This document shows positions 50,001-61,800 of a stretch of DNA of 64,000 nucleotides, one piece after another; the stretch's first letter is position 1; each line of letters opens with the position of its first letter. A program made the translations under genes and the position numbers. A model generated the notes under the pieces. The model was not told the origin of the DNA. It made no database searches and saw only the letters and a program-made list of their open reading frames with translations. The DNA is from Mizuhopecten yessoensis (Eukaryota), in NCBI RefSeq assembly GCF_002113885.1, contig NW_018404481.1, positions 795,322 to 859,321 of the forward strand, read 5' to 3'.

Positions 50001-53000
50001 CTATGAACAACTATACCCATAAGGTGCGTATAGACTTCTATACGCTAGTTCACAGGTGAATCTACCAAATTTTCAAACAGAATTTAACAAAACAAAAACA
50101 CTGCTTGTTGTACCCCTTTGTCCCCCTACCAAGGCCCTGTCCTAGACCCACTCCTAAATGAATCCACTCCTAACAAAGGCTAGCTAAGCCCCTGTCCATG
50201 TCATGTTTGATCAAAATAGATCACCGATTCTAATTAAACATAGCAAGGGAGACAACTGTCTACTGCAGCTGTTCGTGATTTCGTCCATAGTAATTCTGGA
50301 CAGGCATAGGAAATCAGTCGACAACTTAATTTTCAACATGATTCGATTTGTTAAAGCCACTATACTTTACCAAATGTCCTATCAAAATCACATTTATAGC
50401 GATAATTATCCTATTTGTTTTAGGGGGTTTCTTATGAGTCTGACACGATATCACTGGTTCAATCCACAAAAATATATGTAGGAAAAAAAAACAGAAGTTT
50501 TGTACATGAAATAAATAGAAAAACTACAATGAAATGTTATTCTTGTCAAGACAACCGACATGTTGAGTTCAGCACACATGTACTTTATTTCGATAGGCAA
50601 TCAATTAAAATTGGCCTCAGTGAAACGTACCTTATCCTGCAGGGTATCTATTGCAGTAGTGACCAGATTCTTCCCCGCCAAGCTGTACGACTTTAGAATA
50701 GCGTCTCCTACGTACTTATCAGGATAGCTCTCCACCTGCATGAAAAAAAAACCACCCCATTTTATTGGAAAGATTTTAGTAAGATTAACTAATCTTATTT
50801 GACATATATTAATTCGAATCCATGCAGTGTTTTAACAAAATCTTAAGAATGTGAAAATCCATTATTTATATAGGTAGCTAGTCTGAAAATGTCTCCCATT
50901 TATATCATATTGGTCAATAAATGTCACAATATATATCCTGTACATATATAACAATATAATGGATACAAAATCACTATTAAATGACGCTTTATGAGACAAA
51001 AAAAAAGGAGGAAAATTCAACAGAGACAGGCAGGCAGCCACTAATGACAGTAATGGACATAAATATTACAGACAGACAGACAGACAGACAGGCAGACAGC
51101 CACTAATGACAGCAATGGACATAAATATTACAGACAGACAGACAGTCACAGATGAAGACAAAGAAAAAGACAGAGAAATAGAACGAAAGACAAACATACA
51201 AAGGCTATGCAAATCTAGTCCGAATCATTCGGACGTTTTATCGACTTTTTTCATAGCGGTCTTTAGTCGATTAACCGACGACAGACCGATATGAAAAAAG
51301 TCGATAAAACGTCAGAATAATTCGGACTATGCAAATCCGACTTCCCATCGACTTTAAAGGGGAAGCATGTAATGAAAATATGGTTCAATAAATTAATTTA
51401 GTCGATAACTTTAAAAGTATTAATCCACATATAAAATACTGAAAAATGTACGTACATTGTCGAAGAACATGAAGCCCAAAACAGCGGCTGCAGCTTGTAA
51501 TAACGTAATTAGAAGTAGGCAGGTGAAATACTGCAAAACAGAAAAACAACATTACCAGTCATTCAGAAACATGAATAATACTTATGTATAAATCGGTGTA
51601 AGACATGAAACAATGGGAGAATTGTGTGTATGGGTGGATTTTCATTTCATATTTTTTTTTTTTTTTTATAATATTGCATCTTATACAAATTTCAAAAGGA
51701 ATTGGGCAACAGGCGTAATGCCTATACAAGCCCTCTCCTATTATGGGTGGATGAGGGATGTCTGCAAGCAAGTTAAACGCAGTCCAACCTCCGGTGACGT
51801 CACGCCAAAGAAAACGGCTGTTTTTACCCCACCTGACAAAATTGTCACCAGCACTAGTGTTGTCATTATCAAATTATTTATTGGTTTATTTTGTACATTT
51901 AATGGAGAAGAAATGAATCAAAGTATCTTTTTTTCAATTAACCAACGCATAAAAATGAGTAAAAAGTAGAGCGTCCGTATAGAGTTCGAGGGGTCTTGGG
52001 TACGAATCCAATTCTGGCCGTGCATTTCTCTTGTTCCTGTTACAAAAGCTTGAACATAGGTAAGTCGTCGATTGTCTATTGTATATACTTACACTTCCCA
52101 GAAGACATCTGTTTTCAGTGAGCGCTCCCCAGCAACCAATCAGCGATATGAATGAGATGAATCCCCCAACAGCAATCAGCATGTAGGACGCTTTGGACAA
52201 TAGGCTGGCCTCCAAAAGGATAAGGAACTTTGACCCCTCCAGCATCACCCAAAAGCCTAGTCCTAACACCCCTAGTCCTGCCAACTGAGTTGTTATTTTA
52301 ATGTTATTAGAGCAAAGTACAAAATGGAAGTATTATTCTCATTGATACTCTACATTCTCTATTCCGTCTTTTCGTATTGCAGTGTTATCTGCTCTTGTGA
52401 GCAGGTATTGATTGGTCGGGCATTGGTTTGTGTGAGAACATTACGCCGTTTTCTCGAAAATTGATGACGTTGCTCTCACAAACAAATGACGTAACAATCA
52501 ATACCTACTCACAAGAGAAGATAACTCTGCAATACACAAAGACGGAATATTGTAAATGACGCACCAAAAGTCGTCAATCACAAATTGATTTTCAAATTTA
52601 TACTATAATTGTATTTGTACTTACACTATTTTTTCTGGTGAGTTATTCTCATCATATTTTTTCAATTAATCCATATTTTTTTCAGATCATCATCAATTTC
52701 TTTTATTACTTAAAGAGACAGCAACGATTGCGTTTGAAGTTAAATTTCAGCAACGTCACTTTGACGTTAAGAAGGAAACATCTACATCTGAAAAAAATTG
52801 CCATAATTTATTCATGATTAATAAATAACCTAGAAACTAAACATTATGAACGTTTAAATTGATGAGCTCTAGATTATTTTCTTCCGTTATACAGATTTTC
52901 TGTATAAACTGAATGAGAAATAAATTGAGGCGCAGTCACATAGAATCCAATAGGGTAGAATAATTATGGTGACGAAATACTTTTGGCAAGTCATTAAATT

Positions 53001-53766
53001 AATTATTCTGTCAAGAAAATATTGAATGGGAACACTTAACTCTTGAATAGAGATAAGCAGTATCTTCCGTAGTATTGTCTAAATAATGTACAAACAAAAT
53101 ATTTTAAACTCCTGTGCAATTATCCCATAAACAATTGTGGAAATTGCCTAGTGGTGATTTAAAAGTATGAGTTGATACACAAGTGATTACTTAGAAATGG
53201 ATTTTTTCCTGTGATTTCTTTTTTCAATCTCGGACTTGAGCACGGCTATTAAAACGAGCCAATCGATTCGAGACACTTGCTCAATAGTAAACTCAAATAG
53301 TCTAAGATAAATTTTATTTTGACTCCTAGGGGATAAATAGCATAAGTTTTGCAGAGCTTTTTACAGTGGTAACAAGATTATTTTCTAACTGAGGAAACTT
53401 CTTTTCAAATTTTGAGGAAACTAAGATCGACCGCTTTAACTACTGTGGACCACAGTATTTGGACCTAAACTAAGGTGTTCATCGTAGTTTTTTTTAATGT
53501 TTTAGGGGTTTATTATCATTGAGGGTGTCATTTTTACCGAAAGTCTATCTAAATCCCTAAAACATGCAAAATTACTCTGAACACTTTAGTTTAGGTCCAA
53601 ATATAATATGTAACGAAAGCTCAGGTCCCTGTGCTGTGGACCTTAACTTTAACAACATTATACATTGTACAGGATTAGACAGATTATGATTATGACAATA
53701 CAATTTTGTACTTACCAGACATATAATGTTAAAGACAAGTAGTGTAGATTTCATACAATTCGCCAT
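44021..53766 (-). CDS. Tetraspanin B, 240 aa, complement(join(44021..44086,48538..48621,48896..49045,50631..50735,51456..51530,52093..52284,53716..53766))
   Basis: Seven GT-AG exons, all introns phase 0. Four TM segments, FNII in TM1, GCWGA.TEN.CLL, EC2 with CCG, DW, PISCC, C and GC. Confidence 0.93.
44611..44796. mobile_element. About 186-bp palindromic MITE, copy 2 (opposite orientation), TA flanks
   Basis: Same TIRs, TA on both sides (Tc1/mariner-like TSD). Confidence 0.9.
45055..48185. repeat. 46-bp minisatellite (TATGCTATCAAGATATATGATAGGTTTATCTGATAAGCAACAGTTA), about 68 copies, Tspan-B intron 6
   Basis: Direct periodicity over 3.1 kb. Confidence 0.97.
48538..48621 (-). CDS. Tetraspanin B exon 6: GCKTKLVSWLKDNVQVISAVSICVVFIQ
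   Basis: 84 nt, TTCAG acceptor, CAG|GTAGGT donor. Confidence 0.93.
48896..49045 (-). CDS. Tetraspanin B exon 5: FSCCGYNSPFDW...VPISCC...C...IHIK
   Basis: 150 nt, CCG and PxSCC motifs. The donor AAA|GTACAG is weak but positionally homologous to the Tspan-A donor. Confidence 0.88.
50631..50735 (-). CDS. Tetraspanin B exon 4: VESYPDKYVGDAILKSYSLAGKNLVTTAIDTLQDK
   Basis: 105 nt, polyT-CATGCAG acceptor, AAG|GTACGT donor. Confidence 0.9.
51216..51329. mobile_element. 114-bp hAT-like MITE
   Basis: About 45-bp TIR starting TAGTCCGAAT, 8-bp TSD TGCAAATC at 51208-15 and 51330-37. Confidence 0.88.
51456..51530 (-). CDS. Tetraspanin B exon 3 (TM3): YFTCLLLITLLQAAAAVLGFMFFDN
   Basis: 75 nt, TTGCAG acceptor, GTACGT donor. 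Confidence 0.92.
52093..52284 (-). CDS. Tetraspanin B exon 2: LAGLGVLGLGFW...GCWGALTENRCLLGS
   Basis: 192 nt, CAG acceptor, GTAAGT donor. Confidence 0.95.
52362..52547. mobile_element. About 186-bp palindromic MITE, copy 3, TA flanks
   Basis: Same TIRs as the copies at 43271 and 44611. Confidence 0.9.
53716..53766 (-). CDS. Tetraspanin B exon 1: MANCMKSTLLVFNIICL
   Basis: Donor CTG|GTAAGT. An acceptor TTTTACAG 9 nt upstream of the ATG implies a separate non-coding first exon. Confidence 0.9.
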
Positions 53767-55109
53767 CGTTTTTTTCTGTAAAACTAAAAATAAGAAAGAA
53801 TGAAGAGTTGAGAGTAAGCTTACAGTAACGTAAAAGATATCTATCTATGATCCCGTTTAACGATAGAATTCTCTTTCAATTAATCAACATATGGAATCAA
53901 CATATACTTACAACTGTACAAAACAAATAAATGGAAACTTCAATCCGTGATTTGTGCTTTTTGAGCGTCAAGTTCCTAGTACACAAAATATAAAACTTGC
54001 AGACGACGTCTTCCGGGAGGGGAGATAACTTAATCTTAATATACTTTCATATCTGACTGATTATCTCCCTTAGTACCTGCTGTCTGACCTGTTCTTCCTA
54101 GTGACTCCCGGTTACTTATCTTGTCTTGACATCAAATTAAGTCGTATGTGTTTAATCAGGGGCGCATTGAAATTGAGTTAATTTATTCTTAAGAAGTAAT
54201 TCATATCCCCCATAACAACAACCACCTCTTTTTTTTTAAAGGGAAAAAGACCTCAAATAAAGATAATTTTCAGTTATATTAAAAATATGCCAAGAAATTA
54301 TTTCTCAAGATGTGTGTTTATTATTATACTTCAAAGTTGAACCCCTTAAAAAGGGGGAAAATGATGTAAATGTCATGAATGAAGTTGCTAATTATTTTCT
54401 ATATTAAAAACTTTTCACATATATAAACGTCTCACAACAGGTCTACGACAGAACAGTGTGGAAAATCCTAGGACAGTCGTGGGAGTGTCATACGAAATTC
54501 GAGTGATTTGCGACAAAAATAATGTCTTTGACCCTTTGCGTAGAGTTTTGGAACGTCAGGCCTATTTCGTAGGTCTGTCATACAATACCCTACGACTGTG
54601 TTACGATAGACCTACGTTTTCGGGGATCATCACAGGCCCTCAGAGTTTTACGATTGCCATACGTTAATTATTTTTTTTAAATCCAAGACCGTTCTACCAA
54701 TGTTAACACGTAAATATTACCACTCTCTCTAAGTTACGACAGTCGTGCACAGGCTATATAGTCGTAACTAGAGCTGTCGAGATTGAGCGACGGTACAATA
54801 GCCGCAACAGCCGAGCATCGCAGAACTGTCCTATGCCGATTTTCTTGTAACTTCAATCATATGGGATGATACGACGGTCGTTATTCCGCCATACGACTTG
54901 ACTTCGACAGTCTTTTAAACTTATTTTCGCGTGAAGTTGTACAACACATAAAGTTTTCAAATCTCCCTCCCAAAAATGCGTCCGACCTTTCTGTCGTAGC
55001 CCCGCTATAATCGTTAAAAAAAGCCGATAATTATGATAAAACATCGAAGATGGGATGAGAAACAGAATTGAGTTTTACAATCGTTCACATGGGACATGAT
55101 AATCAAGAT

Positions 55110-55500
55110 ACAACATTATTTTGAGACCATTCCTGGTGTATAGCATTATTATCTGACATTTAAGTGCTTTAAATAAACGTTTAAGGTCTGTTTCGGTATC
55201 TCTTCGATTCCAGCTTTCGCCTTGTCGTTTCTATAAGTTTGAGTCTTTTTTGAGGCACATTTGTTGAACAGCCATACTACAATTATGGAAGCCTGTTGGG
55301 ACCATGATAAGTTTCTGTCCTTGTCTAATATCGCGAAATCGTGAAATAGCTATCTTCTGCGTTGCGTCATTTCCCCACTTGATTCTATGTTGTTGTTATT
55401 TATTCAAAAAAGTTCGTGACTTCGTTTGATATCCAATTTTGTTAAAGCTTCATATCCTGTTTTATATCCTGACTTATCCAGCGTTGCCTCTAGTATCTAT
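55110..55500 (-). mobile_element. Possible highly decayed RTE-like LINE fragment
   Basis: Only scattered motifs on the minus strand (DISNEV, YGC), broken by frameshifts. Confidence 0.3.
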
Positions 55501-56274
55501 ATTAATAATCGTAGCTCAGTTGTTGAGATATCACTTTCCCATAGGCACAGTGTTAAATTTTGCCGTTACTGTGTAACATCAAATTCGAAATAGCTACGGG
55601 CGAACTTGTACTTAAGATATTACGTTTTCGCTATATTTCGTGTTTCTTTGAAATATTTATGGGGCGTTAAATATAGCCCTAACAAGGTACCATACTATAT
55701 ATGCTGGTACATGGTCTAGTCTCGATGCAGTACTGTCGTGAAAATACCCTGCCTTTGTTGTCTGTTCACGTCACTGAAATTAAACTGCAAAATTTAGATA
55801 AATTGGTACCAATGGCCGTTACCATAAGATTATCTCCAGTGGCGAATACAGTATTCCAAGAAGGATTGGGGAAGATTGGCGGTTGCATTTTTCAGACCAT
55901 CAGATTCCAGAGACCTCTTCGAATTTCCAAGGGTTGCTTACGCTCACTTACAGTCTATGCACCCCAGGAATACGCAATGACGAAATAGAAGAATCTATAA
56001 GCGCCACCTTGTGGACGATACAAGTAGAGTAGTTTGATAAGAAGATGTAAATCAAAAGATTCGCGCGGCTGCATAACTGTAAATCGACTGGATTTTATGT
56101 TGTACATCGCTCCTCTGTTAGATTTCAAAGGAGAATTAATGGTATTAGCCTGGCGATTGGTCATTTTGTTTTTACCTGAAACCAATCAAATAGCTAACTG
56201 TACGTATGTCTTTGATTTTGTCATTACCTATTCTAGGGGTCTAGAGAACATAACAGAGAGCGGCTAAACGTTTT

Positions 56275-56705
56275 TTTTAAAAAACACATTTGATCCATAA
56301 GCCATTGAATAAACTGGATAGCCCTTCATCCCAGCATGGTACTGGCCAAATATCATCACCCTGGGTCTCTTGGTTGTTCAAAAGAAGTTGTTTAAAGTTT
56401 TGAACATACGACACTTGTGACCTTGAAGAACGGTCAAGGTCAATTATTTGAATAAACTTGATAGCCCTTCATCCCAGCATGGTGCTGGCCAAACGTCATC
56501 ACCCTAGGTTTCTTGGTTGTTCAAAAGAAGTTGTTTAAAGTCTTAAACACATTTGACCTTGAAGCACGGTCAAGGTCATTTATTTGAATAAACGTGATAG
56601 CATGCTTCATCCTAGCATGCTACTGGCAAAATATCATAACCCTAAGCTACTTTGTTCTTCAGATGTTGTTAAAAGTTGACCCACCATGACATAAGCTCAC
56701 TTGGC
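56275..56705. mobile_element. About 145-160-bp tandem unit x3, Helentron/HINE-associated satellite-like; related relic at about 61300-61660
   Basis: Repeated TTGAATAAAC..ATAGCCCTTCATCCCAGCATG..TGGCCAAA..GAAGTTGTTTAAAG..TGACCTTGAAG..GGTCAAGGTCA, ending ATAAGCTCACTTGGC. Family is inference. Confidence 0.6.
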
Positions 56706-56948
56706 ATATCAGTTTCCGTTTTGAATGTTAACATAGATCTAATGTCTAGTGTCCTGTGTCACCGATTAGATGCTTTATTGATATTTGTTACCACAAAGGG
56801 CTTAAACAAGTGACAGTGGTATGTATTAATTACGATAAAAATGATTTCCTTGACTCAAGTGCGTATTCGTGAGACCATTTTCGTGCTCAATCCCAATTTC
56901 TTGTGCCAGTGATAAAGTGTTAAAACATCTATTTTGTCTTTTTGACTT

Positions 56949-57101
56949 TTAACTCAGTCACCCCTGAAACTTCAAAATGAACTATTCCAACCTTTGAATT
57001 GACATGCCATAAACTCATTCACCCCTGAAATTTTATGATAAACTATTCAAACCTTTGAATTGGAAGAGTTCAAATTTTGTCTTCAAGGAAGAATGAGTTA
57101 A
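56949..57101. mobile_element. TTAA-flanked 83-bp MITE family: one partial plus one full copy, reverse orientation
   Basis: CTCATTCACCCCTGAA TIR; interior is the reverse complement of 59109..59191. Confidence 0.8.
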
Positions 57102-57716
57102 GACAAAATTTTTGTAGGGGTTAGTGATGTCTTTCAATTTGCTTTTAAAACCTCCCAAGTTTCCTTATTAACTTCAAGATCTAATTTTTCTTTGTACATC
57201 GACGCTAAAATATATTTTGTTCTACCTGACATAAGATACAATCAACATTTTTTGCATTAGAGAGTTATCCAACATGTCATTTGGAACTAACTAAGAAAGT
57301 GACTAAAATTCCATATTACAATATCATAATACTGTTTCTCCTGATGAGAATATTAAAATCCTACTAAAATCAGCATGATTTCCTTGGTATCTGATAGCAC
57401 TAAAGATGAGGAACGATACATAAATGTCACTTTACCATCCGAATCGGCCTCTCCGCATTGATCACCCATAAACTCACACATGTGATACCCCCCTCCCAAT
57501 CCCCCACTCCCCATTGATCACCCATAAACTCACACATGTGATATCTCCCTATTTCAAGGGGAGTCTCTCTACATTTTACTTTTAACACTTAAACTCTATC
57601 TAAAGTTACAGAATCTCCCTCACAACTGATTGCAAAGTAAGAAAAAGTGTCTATAAACACCAATAAGCGATTTTTCTGTTTAGAAAGCATTGGATCAGTA
57701 GCAATTACATAATTAA

Positions 57717-57799
57717 CTCATTCACCCCTGAAGACACACTTAAACACTTCTAAGTCAAAGGTTGGACTAGTTCATTATGAAATTTCAGGGGTGAATGAG
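57717..57799. mobile_element. 83-bp MITE with TTAA TSD (piggyBac-like)
   Basis: TTAA-CTCATTCACCCCTGAA...TTCAGGGGTGAATGAG-TTAA. Confidence 0.88.
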
Positions 57800-58160
57800 T
57801 TAAGTCTGACTTTATGAATATTGTTCTATATGGAAGAAAATTCAATATTCTGATTCTGGCAAACATTATGCTTGTAATGGAAATCTCCCTACCAAAACCT
57901 CAATCTGTCTACCAGTGGAGGTGACGATCTTTCTACATGAGGTCTGAAGTCATCACATGTATGGCAGACCCACAAAAAAACTGAATCCGAAAACGAACTC
58001 TGATGCATGGATAATTTAATAATGAAATAAAAAGCTGACATTGGCACACGACAGTAGCATGTGTAATTTATAGTGCTTATCAAACACGCGTTCACTCAGG
58101 CACTACAAATTCTGTTAGGAGTTACCTCATTAAACAATGTACAAGACAGCCTTGACCTCT

Positions 58161-58202
58161 GTTACCATGGTAACTGTCCTTGACCTCTGTTACCATGGTA
58201 AT
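58161..58202. promoter_or_regulatory. Two RFX X-box motifs in a 28-bp tandem duplication
   Basis: Perfect palindrome GTTACCATGGTAAC (58161-74) and GTTACCATGGTAAT (58189-202). Function not shown. Confidence 0.45.
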
Positions 58203-59108
58203 CGTCACACATCTGACATCTTATGTAAATTAGAACTTTTTTTTTTTGGAACATTGATAACATATTTAATATTCAGGATAATTTTTACACTAGTGATATT
58301 TTTGGTAAGATTTCACGCATTCAACATAATAGCAAACTTTTGTAGTAATCCTGCAGAACAATCTGAACCATAAATGAAACACTGCATGAACTGGAATTTT
58401 CTCATATCAATTAAAAAATAACACTGTGTGAAATAAAAGGCTATACACAATATTAAAAATGTTAGGATTTCTGGAGGGAAACTAGAATTAAAGAAATCAA
58501 CGAAACTCAACAAAAGCAATTGCTACATGGGAAGAAGCTTTGTTTCCAATGACAACGCTGGCAAATATATATATATATACCAATGTTATGTTCCTCAAGT
58601 ACATTTGTGTAGAATGTACAAATAAAAAAGAGTTCAGAAATTACATTATTTTACAGCCTATGAAACTAGTACCAATACCACCAATTATTTGCCAAATTCT
58701 ACATTTTTCATAAACTGGTACTACAACACGTTTTCAGTAAAATTAAGCATTAAATCACAGTTTCTTTGATATAAATTGTAGAAAATTACAATTCTTCACT
58801 GAATTAATAACTCTTAAAGAGCCCTTTCTTAAACAACTTTACAAACATTTCCACAGATATAATAAACACACACACATTCAAAGATGGCTCCAGTTGTTTA
58901 GTGCAGTAAATGAGCCCTGTGGGTATGCTGGTGTCTCTACCATATAAACAATACCTAGGCTTATAATATCAAACACATCCTTGATCCTCTTTTGGAAAGC
59001 GTAGCACATGTTAAATAATTTCATGACAACAAAAACATTAATTTTATCATGAGATTAAAAACCATACACAATGATGTAAGTATGTATAACAATCACATAT
59101 AAGTTTAA

Positions 59109-59191
59109 CTCATTCACTCCTGAAGACACATTTGAACTCTTCCAATTCAAAGGTTGGAATAGTTCATTATGAAATTTCAGGGGTGAATGAG
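59109..59191. mobile_element. 83-bp MITE with TTAA TSD, further copy
   Basis: Same TIR and length as 57717..57799. Confidence 0.88.
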
Positions 59192-59682
59192 TTAAATGAA
59201 CATTACTGGGTCTGTAAAGTCCTCAGAAGTCACAAATTTATAAAATATAGCTAAACATAAACATTCAATGCCGATTTCCAACCAGAACACCCAACATCAG
59301 CTTTAAGAGTCTCTTGTAAATGATCATTGAAAAATGGGAAGCTCAAAATAAGTTGACAATAAGCTGTTATTGAATGACGAAAACAATGCTAAAGTTTGCT
59401 TTTGGTCAATGTCATCAAATGAAATGAAGAAAAGGCTTAGAAACCGTATTTCTTTCAAAAGATCATTAGTAAATACCTTAAGTGTTCTTGTCGACTTCCT
59501 CGCCTAGACCTATATGTCACAGACCCATCACTCCCAAATAAAAATTTATCAGAAATGGGACATAACTCCCATAAAACAGCCGAAAATAAGTTATAAATCT
59601 CAAGGGCAGAATTACTGAAATGCTTATTTTGTGTACAAAGTTTCATATATATCAGTTGAGAAGGTAAGCCGCATTGCTAGAA

Positions 59683-59860
59683 TTTGGTTTGGTTTGTTTG
59701 TGTTTTACATCCTATTAACAGCTATAGTCATTTAAGGACGTGCCAGGTTTTGGTGGTGGAGAAAAGCCGTAGTTCTCGGGGAAAAAACCACCGACCTACG
59801 GCTAGTACCTGGCGACTGCCCCACATAGGCCTTGAACCCGCGATCCAGTGGTGGAGGGCT
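59683..59860 (-). mobile_element. SINE family 1, 5'-truncated copy
   Basis: Highly similar to 11844..11962 and includes a B-box-like GGGTTCAAGGCC on the minus strand. Confidence 0.8.
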
Positions 59861-60353
59861 ATCCTGTTTTTAAAGAAATTCCTCGAAAACTGACTGTAGA
59901 ATTATTCTGATTAGTGATGGGCAATCTGTTTAAAGGTGGGTTTTTTCTACACTTCCATTATTTTTTTTACATTACCATCAATCATATATTAACAATAAAT
60001 GACTTTCAATGCAAACTTTACATATATTTGACACTTCAGTTCAGTATGGAACCAATTATATCGATTATGAAATTGGTACAACTGATGCATACATCATACA
60101 GGGCAAAAAAAATGATTTTCATCAGCCATAACAAATTCTGATCATTTCCATATCCTCCTAAGTTCACAACATTGATTTATTTCTATAGATGTATTGACAA
60201 TGCCTATATGCTGTAATCTATTACCAAGTATAAAAATGAATAAATAGGTACTCAAATTGGCCTAAGACTCTATATTTGAACATACAGGCCTGAGCAATCG
60301 TCAAATTGATTTCAGAATGAGGTAATGCTGCTATTGACGGAAACAAAATATTT

Positions 60354-60836
60354 CACCCTAAAATCTCGATAATAAGCCTGATCTGAAAATAGGCATATTT
60401 TGAAAGTAAGCCCTGGATTCCTTGCAGTCAAATATATCTTGATAAAAAGAAGTCTTTGAAAATAGTCAACCTAAACAGGTTTACAAGTAAATATAACTTC
60501 ACATGACTTACTATTGCATCAATTTTATAAGAAAAAAAGAGAAATTAATTTGATTTTCTGAAGAAAATTGTTATTTTTCCATGCAAAAAAAAGAAGGACT
60601 GGAAGATAAGCCACTGATGGCTTACTGCCTAAATGATTTCAAAAATAAGACTTCATTGCAAATAAGCAGGCTTCGAAAAGAAGCCTGGGTTTCCGTACTA
60701 AAATGAAAATAAGCCAGCTTTGCAAATAAGCCTTGGATTTCTTTCTAAAATGAAAATAAGCAAGCATTGAAAATAAGCCTGGTATTTCTTTCTAAAATGA
60801 CAATAAGCCGGGGCTTCTTATAAAGATTTTAGGGTA
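60354..60836. mobile_element. MITE with internal AATAAGCC repeats
   Basis: Termini ACCCTAAAATCT and AGATTTTAGGGT are inverted; AATAAGCC recurs internally. Confidence 0.75.
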
Positions 60837-61800
60837 TTTATTCCTGGATCTTTTTATCAATTAACTTATTCACAGCACAATAATTAATGGCTCTTAGATA
60901 TTATTTAATGGCTCTTAGATATTATTTAATGACCAAACATATGTAGTTGATATATAGTTTACTTTGGTGAGTGGATTAAAAAGTATTAAATCAATGCTAT
61001 GTTTTAAAGTGAGTCAAACGTTAACCCATCTGGAATATATTCGAGTCAAATTTAAGATGATTATAAAAATGATGGTTTTTTTATATATATATATATAAAA
61101 CATGATGTTTATACTAGACATTATGTATCTCTGTCGGAGAAATTGTTTGATAATTTGGGAAATTACCTTAGAAAGTGGGTTAACATAATTCATCCAAAAA
61201 TTGTGTTAGCGTTCATCCTTAATCCTAGCTATATATATCACAAATATAATTACTCCAGGCCTTTTGGATCATTGAAAGAAACTATTTGAAGTTTTTAAAA
61301 GATACTAGACCTAAAACTGGGTGAAGGTAATTTACTTGAACAAATCTGATAGCCATCCTAGATACAACCCAATCATTATCAATGTAGGCCTTTTTAATGT
61401 TCTTAAGAAGAAGTTGTTTAATTTTTTAACATATTTACCCCCATGACCTGTGAAAGAAGGTCAAGGTCAATCAATTGGACAAAGCTGACAGCCTTTCACT
61501 TCAGAAAGCAAAAGGCACACTATCAAAAGATTTGACAAATATCTTGTTTTTCAACTGGTTATAGAGAAGAATTGGAAAATGTGAAATGATAATGCATAGC
61601 ACACAGAGATGGACAAACACATTGATGGCATTAGGTCACAGTGTTTGGCTCTGAAGACCTAGAAATATGGCAACATGAAATACTGAAGTATACACATTAA
61701 GTAATATATCGTCATAATAAATAATCTTAACCTAATTTGTGGTTCTAGGACAAATAAATATGTTGTTAGCTCATAACATGCAGTTCTATCTTTGTACTCG

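Noticed and set aside
54430-55080. CpG-richer stretch with recurring ACGAC/TCGT motifs upstream of Tspan-B
   Set aside because: Probably a decayed DNA-transposon-derived repeat, but I could not define termini or a TSD.
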